From Actinomycetota bacterium (GTDB taxonomy: Bacteria > Actinomycetota > Acidimicrobiia > IMCC26256 > VFJJ01), in assembly GCA_009886115.1 (NCBI GenBank), contig VFJJ01000027.1:1-42333 (forward strand): a stretch of DNA of 42,333 nucleotides, in the 5' to 3' direction. Under the pieces are notes generated by a model. That model worked only from the letters and a program-made list of their open reading frames with translations, did not search any database and was not told where the DNA came from. Of this stretch, positions 39,156 to 42,333 are shown piece after piece; position 1 is the first letter of the stretch; each line of letters begins with the position of its first letter. The position numbers and the translations under genes were made by a program.

Positions 39156-39237
39156 GCGTGATGGTTAGCGGTGTCCGAGCTCGGTGTTCTGGGCGGGCCC
39201 TGAGCGCCGTCTGACCTGGTTGTGGGAGGCTCTGTGG

Positions 39238-41868
39238 GTGGAGAGTCCGCCCACTGGCACCGTCACCTTTCTGTTCACCGATATTGAGGGTTCGACGCGT
39301 CGGTGGCAGGACGAACCGGAGGCGATGCGGGCGTTGTTGGTGGAGCATGACGCGATCTTGCGGGACGTGATCGACAAGCGGCACGGTCATCTGTTCAAGC
39401 ACACCGGGGACGGGGTGGCGGCGGTGTTCTCGTCCGCGGCCGACGCGGCGAACGCCGCCGTCGACGCACAAGGACGCCTGCAGGATGTTCTTCCGGTGCG
39501 GATGGGTCTCCATACGGGTGAGGCCGAGCTGCGTGACGGCGATTATTTCGGTTCCACGTTGAATCGTTGTGCTCGTCTGATGGGTGTGGCGCACGGCGGT
39601 CAGATCGTCTGTAGTGCAGCTACCGTCGAGCTGGTGCGTGATCGTGGGGATCTACGCGATTTGGGTGAGCACCGTTTGCGGGATCTGAGCCGGGCGGAGC
39701 GGGTGTGGCAGGTCGGTGGCGGCGAGTTTGCGGCGTTGCGGTCGTTGGAGAACTACCTCACGAATCTGCCGTTGCAGTTGTCGTCGTTCGTGGGCCGCGA
39801 ACGCGAGATCGTCGAGGTGGGGCGGCTGTTGGGTGAGCATCGTCTGGTGACGTTGACCGGCGTCGGCGGGGTCGGTAAGACCCGTCTGGCGGTCGAGGTC
39901 GGAGCCGAGGTGCTGCCGCACTACCCCGATGGGGTGTGGTTGGTGGAGTTGGCGCCGTTGGCGCATGACGAGTTGGTGTTGTCGACGATCGCGGAGGTGT
40001 TGGGGGTCGCGGCGCAGACCGGTGAGCCATTGGCGACGACGTTGGTGGGCCGGCTGAAGGCGAAGCAGTTGTTGGTGATCCTCGACAATTGTGAACACGT
40101 GCTGGGCGTGGTGGCGCGCATTGTCGAGCAGGTGGCGGCGGGGGCAGCGGGGGTGCGGGTTTTGGCGACGAGCCGGGAGCCGTTGGGGATCGCGGCGGAG
40201 CGGGTGCGGGCGGTGCCGCCGTTGGCCGAGGCGGTCGAGTTGTTCCTCGACCGCGCCGCAGCCTCCGGGGCGGTGTTTGACGGGTCGGAGCAGCGACGGG
40301 CGGTCGTGGAGATCTGTGCACGCCTCGATGGGATCCCGTTGGCGATCGAGCTGGCCGCGGCGCGGGCCCGGATGATGGCTCCGACCAAGATCTTGGAAAG
40401 GCTCGATCAACGCTTCCGGTTGTTGACCGGTGGTGGGCGCACGGCGGTGGAACGGCATCGGACGTTGCAGGCGACGGTGGCGTGGTCTTATGACCTGCTC
40501 GATGACACCGAGAAGCGTGTGTTCCAACGCCTGTCGACGTTGGCGGGGAGCTTCGATCTCGAGGCCGCGGAGGCGATCGCCGCAGGCGGCGAGGTCGAAG
40601 GCTTCGAGGTGCTCGACGCGCTCGGGCATCTCGTCGACAAGTCGATGGTCTTGAGCGTGCCACCGGACGGGGTGCGGTATCGGCTGTTGGAGACGTTGCG
40701 CCAGTTCGCCGCCGATCGCCTCGCCGAACAACTCGACGCGACCGAGGTCCAGGACCGCCACGGCGCCTATTGGTGTGACCGGGCGGGGGCGTTGGGTCCG
40801 GGCCTCTTCGAGGCCGGCCAGGCCGGTGTGCTCGACGCGATCGACGCCGATATCGACAACTACCGCACCGCGTTCGCGTACCTGCTGGCAACCGGGAACG
40901 TGAACGACGCCGCCCGCGGTGTCCTCGCCCTCGGCAGCTACTGGTACTTGGTCCGCAACCGTGAAGGGCTCGCCTGGTCCCAGCAACTCCTCGCCCGCTC
41001 CGACCTCGACGCCGACCAGCGACTCTTGGCCCTCGCCAATGCAGGGCAGACCGAAGCCATGTTCGGCGACTTGCGGGCGGGTGAGCGGTACGCGACCGAG
41101 GCTGTCGCGCTCGCCGCCGCGACCGGCGTCGACCCGCCCTGGGAGGCGTTGCGGGCGCTGATGAACGTGGCCGTCCACCGTAACGATCCCGTGGCGTTCC
41201 GGCAGCGGTGGGAACACGCCCACCAGATCGTGACCGCCAACGAACCGCGCGGCCGGCAACTCCTCATCGAGGTGCAGCGCGGTATGGTTTTAGGGGCGTG
41301 GGACAGCGGCGAGTTGATCGGACACTACGAACGGCTCCTCCCCAAGGTCCGCCGACACGGCACCCCCGGCCTGCTCTACACGTGGGCGGCGTGCTTCGCG
41401 ACGGTCCTGTACCAGGCCGGCCAATTCGACCGGGCCCGTGAACTCGCTCGATCGGCCATCGAGCCCGCCCGACCGACCGGACCCACCCTGCACGCCACCG
41501 CCCTCACCCTGGCCGCCTCGTACGATGCGCTTGCCGGCGACACCGACCGTGCCCGCACGGCCGCCGCCGAAGGCATCCGCCTCGCCCGCGACGAAGGCCT
41601 CACCCGCACCGTCACCTACGGCGTGTACGTCGCCGCCGCCCTCGCCGCCCAAGGCCACGACCCCGAAACCGCCGCTGTGCTCCTCGCCGCCGCCGCAACC
41701 CACGCCGACCTGCTCGGCATCGCCGGGAACCCCATCGTGAACGCCTGCCGCAGCCTTGCCCAAACCGCCGTCGACGCCCACCCCGGCGACCTCACCACCG
41801 CCCGACAACGCGGCGAGAACATGACCGTCGACGAGCTCTGCGCCTACACCCTCGACACCCTCACCTGA
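39238..41868 (+). CDS. Class III adenylate cyclase - STAND (NB-ARC/AP-ATPase) - helical repeat protein
   Basis: FTDIEGST, KHTGDG, DYFG and NRCAR. P-loop GVGGVGKT, Walker B LLVILDNCEH, LDGIPLAIELAA, WSYDLL and RYRLLETLRQFA. No C-terminal LuxR HTH. Confidence 0.93.
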   Translation: MESPPTGTVTFLFTDIEGSTRRWQDEPEAMRALLVEHDAILRDVIDKRHGHLFKHTGDGVAAVFSSAADAANAAVDAQGRLQDVLPVRMGLHTGEAELRDGDYFGSTLNRCARLMGVAHGGQIVCSAATVELVRDRGDLRDLGEHRLRDLSRAERVWQVGGGEFAALRSLENYLTNLPLQLSSFVGREREIVEVGRLLGEHRLVTLTGVGGVGKTRLAVEVGAEVLPHYPDGVWLVELAPLAHDELVLSTIAEVLGVAAQTGEPLATTLVGRLKAKQLLVILDNCEHVLGVVARIVEQVAAGAAGVRVLATSREPLGIAAERVRAVPPLAEAVELFLDRAAASGAVFDGSEQRRAVVEICARLDGIPLAIELAAARARMMAPTKILERLDQRFRLLTGGGRTAVERHRTLQATVAWSYDLLDDTEKRVFQRLSTLAGSFDLEAAEAIAAGGEVEGFEVLDALGHLVDKSMVLSVPPDGVRYRLLETLRQFAADRLAEQLDATEVQDRHGAYWCDRAGALGPGLFEAGQAGVLDAIDADIDNYRTAFAYLLATGNVNDAARGVLALGSYWYLVRNREGLAWSQQLLARSDLDADQRLLALANAGQTEAMFGDLRAGERYATEAVALAAATGVDPPWEALRALMNVAVHRNDPVAFRQRWEHAHQIVTANEPRGRQLLIEVQRGMVLGAWDSGELIGHYERLLPKVRRHGTPGLLYTWAACFATVLYQAGQFDRARELARSAIEPARPTGPTLHATALTLAASYDALAGDTDRARTAAAEGIRLARDEGLTRTVTYGVYVAAALAAQGHDPETAAVLLAAAATHADLLGIAGNPIVNACRSLAQTAVDAHPGDLTTARQRGENMTVDELCAYTLDTLT

Positions 41869-41962
41869 ACACTTTTCGGGCGAGTAGCCAACCAGGCTGG
41901 GGGTGCGGATCTGCCGTTCGGGCTGGTCGACGGCAGGCGCGCGATCGGGCATTGTGTGCCGT

Positions 41963-42333
41963 ATGGACGAGTTCAGTCAGATATGGCTCGACACCGCGAG
42001 CGCTGCGTTGTCGGTCGTTGAAGGATCGCGTGTTCGCGAGTGGTGGGCCGAGCCCTCGAGCCTGTCCGGCATGACGGTCGGTGCACTCGCTGGACATCTC
42101 ATTCACAGCGGCATTCTCCAGGCTGAGCAAGGTTTCGTCGTCGTGGGCCCGGCCGGACAGCCAATCCCGGCGGCCAAGATGTACTCCTGGGTGCCGCTCG
42201 ACGAAGACAGCCCGATACACGACGGTGTGCGCGCCGTTGCCGAGGAGCAGGTGGTCGACGGAAGAGAAGGCCTGATCGAGCGAGGGAGGGCAAGCTGGAA
42301 GCGGAGCGAGGTCGTGCTCGCTGACGCTTCGCA
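41963..42333 (+). CDS. Maleylpyruvate isomerase N-terminal/DinB-like protein (runs off the window end; absent from the ORF track)
   Basis: Translates as MDEFSQIWLDTASAALSVV...WWAEPSSLSGMTVGALAGHL..., open to the end of the window. Confidence 0.7.
   Translation, partial: MDEFSQIWLDTASAALSVVEGSRVREWWAEPSSLSGMTVGALAGHLIHSGILQAEQGFVVVGPAGQPIPAAKMYSWVPLDEDSPIHDGVRAVAEEQVVDGREGLIERGRASWKRSEVVLADAS

Noticed and set aside
39652..41259. 535-aa antisense ORF within the STAND gene
   Set aside because: It is a shadow ORF with no recognisable motifs, while the sense strand carries all conserved cyclase and ATPase motifs.
39215..41896. cctggttg / caaccagg inverted pair flanking the cyclase-STAND gene as terminal inverted repeats
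   Set aside because: The match is only 8 bp, does not extend, and has no target-site duplication, so it is compatible with chance.
41861..42220. Minus-strand 119-aa ORF at the window end
   Set aside because: The plus-strand frame from 41963 gives a recognisable MDMPI/DinB-like N-terminus and is preferred.

Overview
This is a high-GC window that looks actinobacterial. The gene repertoire suggests Acidimicrobiia, which is an inference. Contents in order: a mitochondrial-type aconitase whose ORF is extended in-frame by a doubly truncated sensor histidine kinase; a PPOX / aldo-keto reductase / thioesterase trio; a fused pair of gene remnants (PhnD-like binding protein and ferritin-like diiron protein); a complete cytochrome c maturation System I operon (ccmABCDEFGH plus a CcmI-like TPR gene) followed by a cyclophilin and a molybdopterin oxidoreductase; a class E sortase; a CoA-transferase and biotinyl carrier; DUF5317 / GT4 / membrane protein / TetR; a CAP-domain secreted protein; a LAFTG-anchored surface protein; a PASTA Ser/Thr kinase; a divergent catabolic cluster (E1a-E1b-E2-esterase opposite SDR-amidohydrolase-6-oxocamphor-hydrolase-like crotonase); a desaturase, P450, PIG-L and NIPSNAP; and a class III cyclase-STAND ATPase gene. 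That last gene flips from G/T-rich to C/A-rich along its length and is preceded by an IS256-like end. At least four deletion scars and many short tandem duplications suggest ongoing genome erosion or assembly artefacts. No rRNA, tRNA or CRISPR array was seen. All family assignments come from motif recognition by eye, with no database searches.
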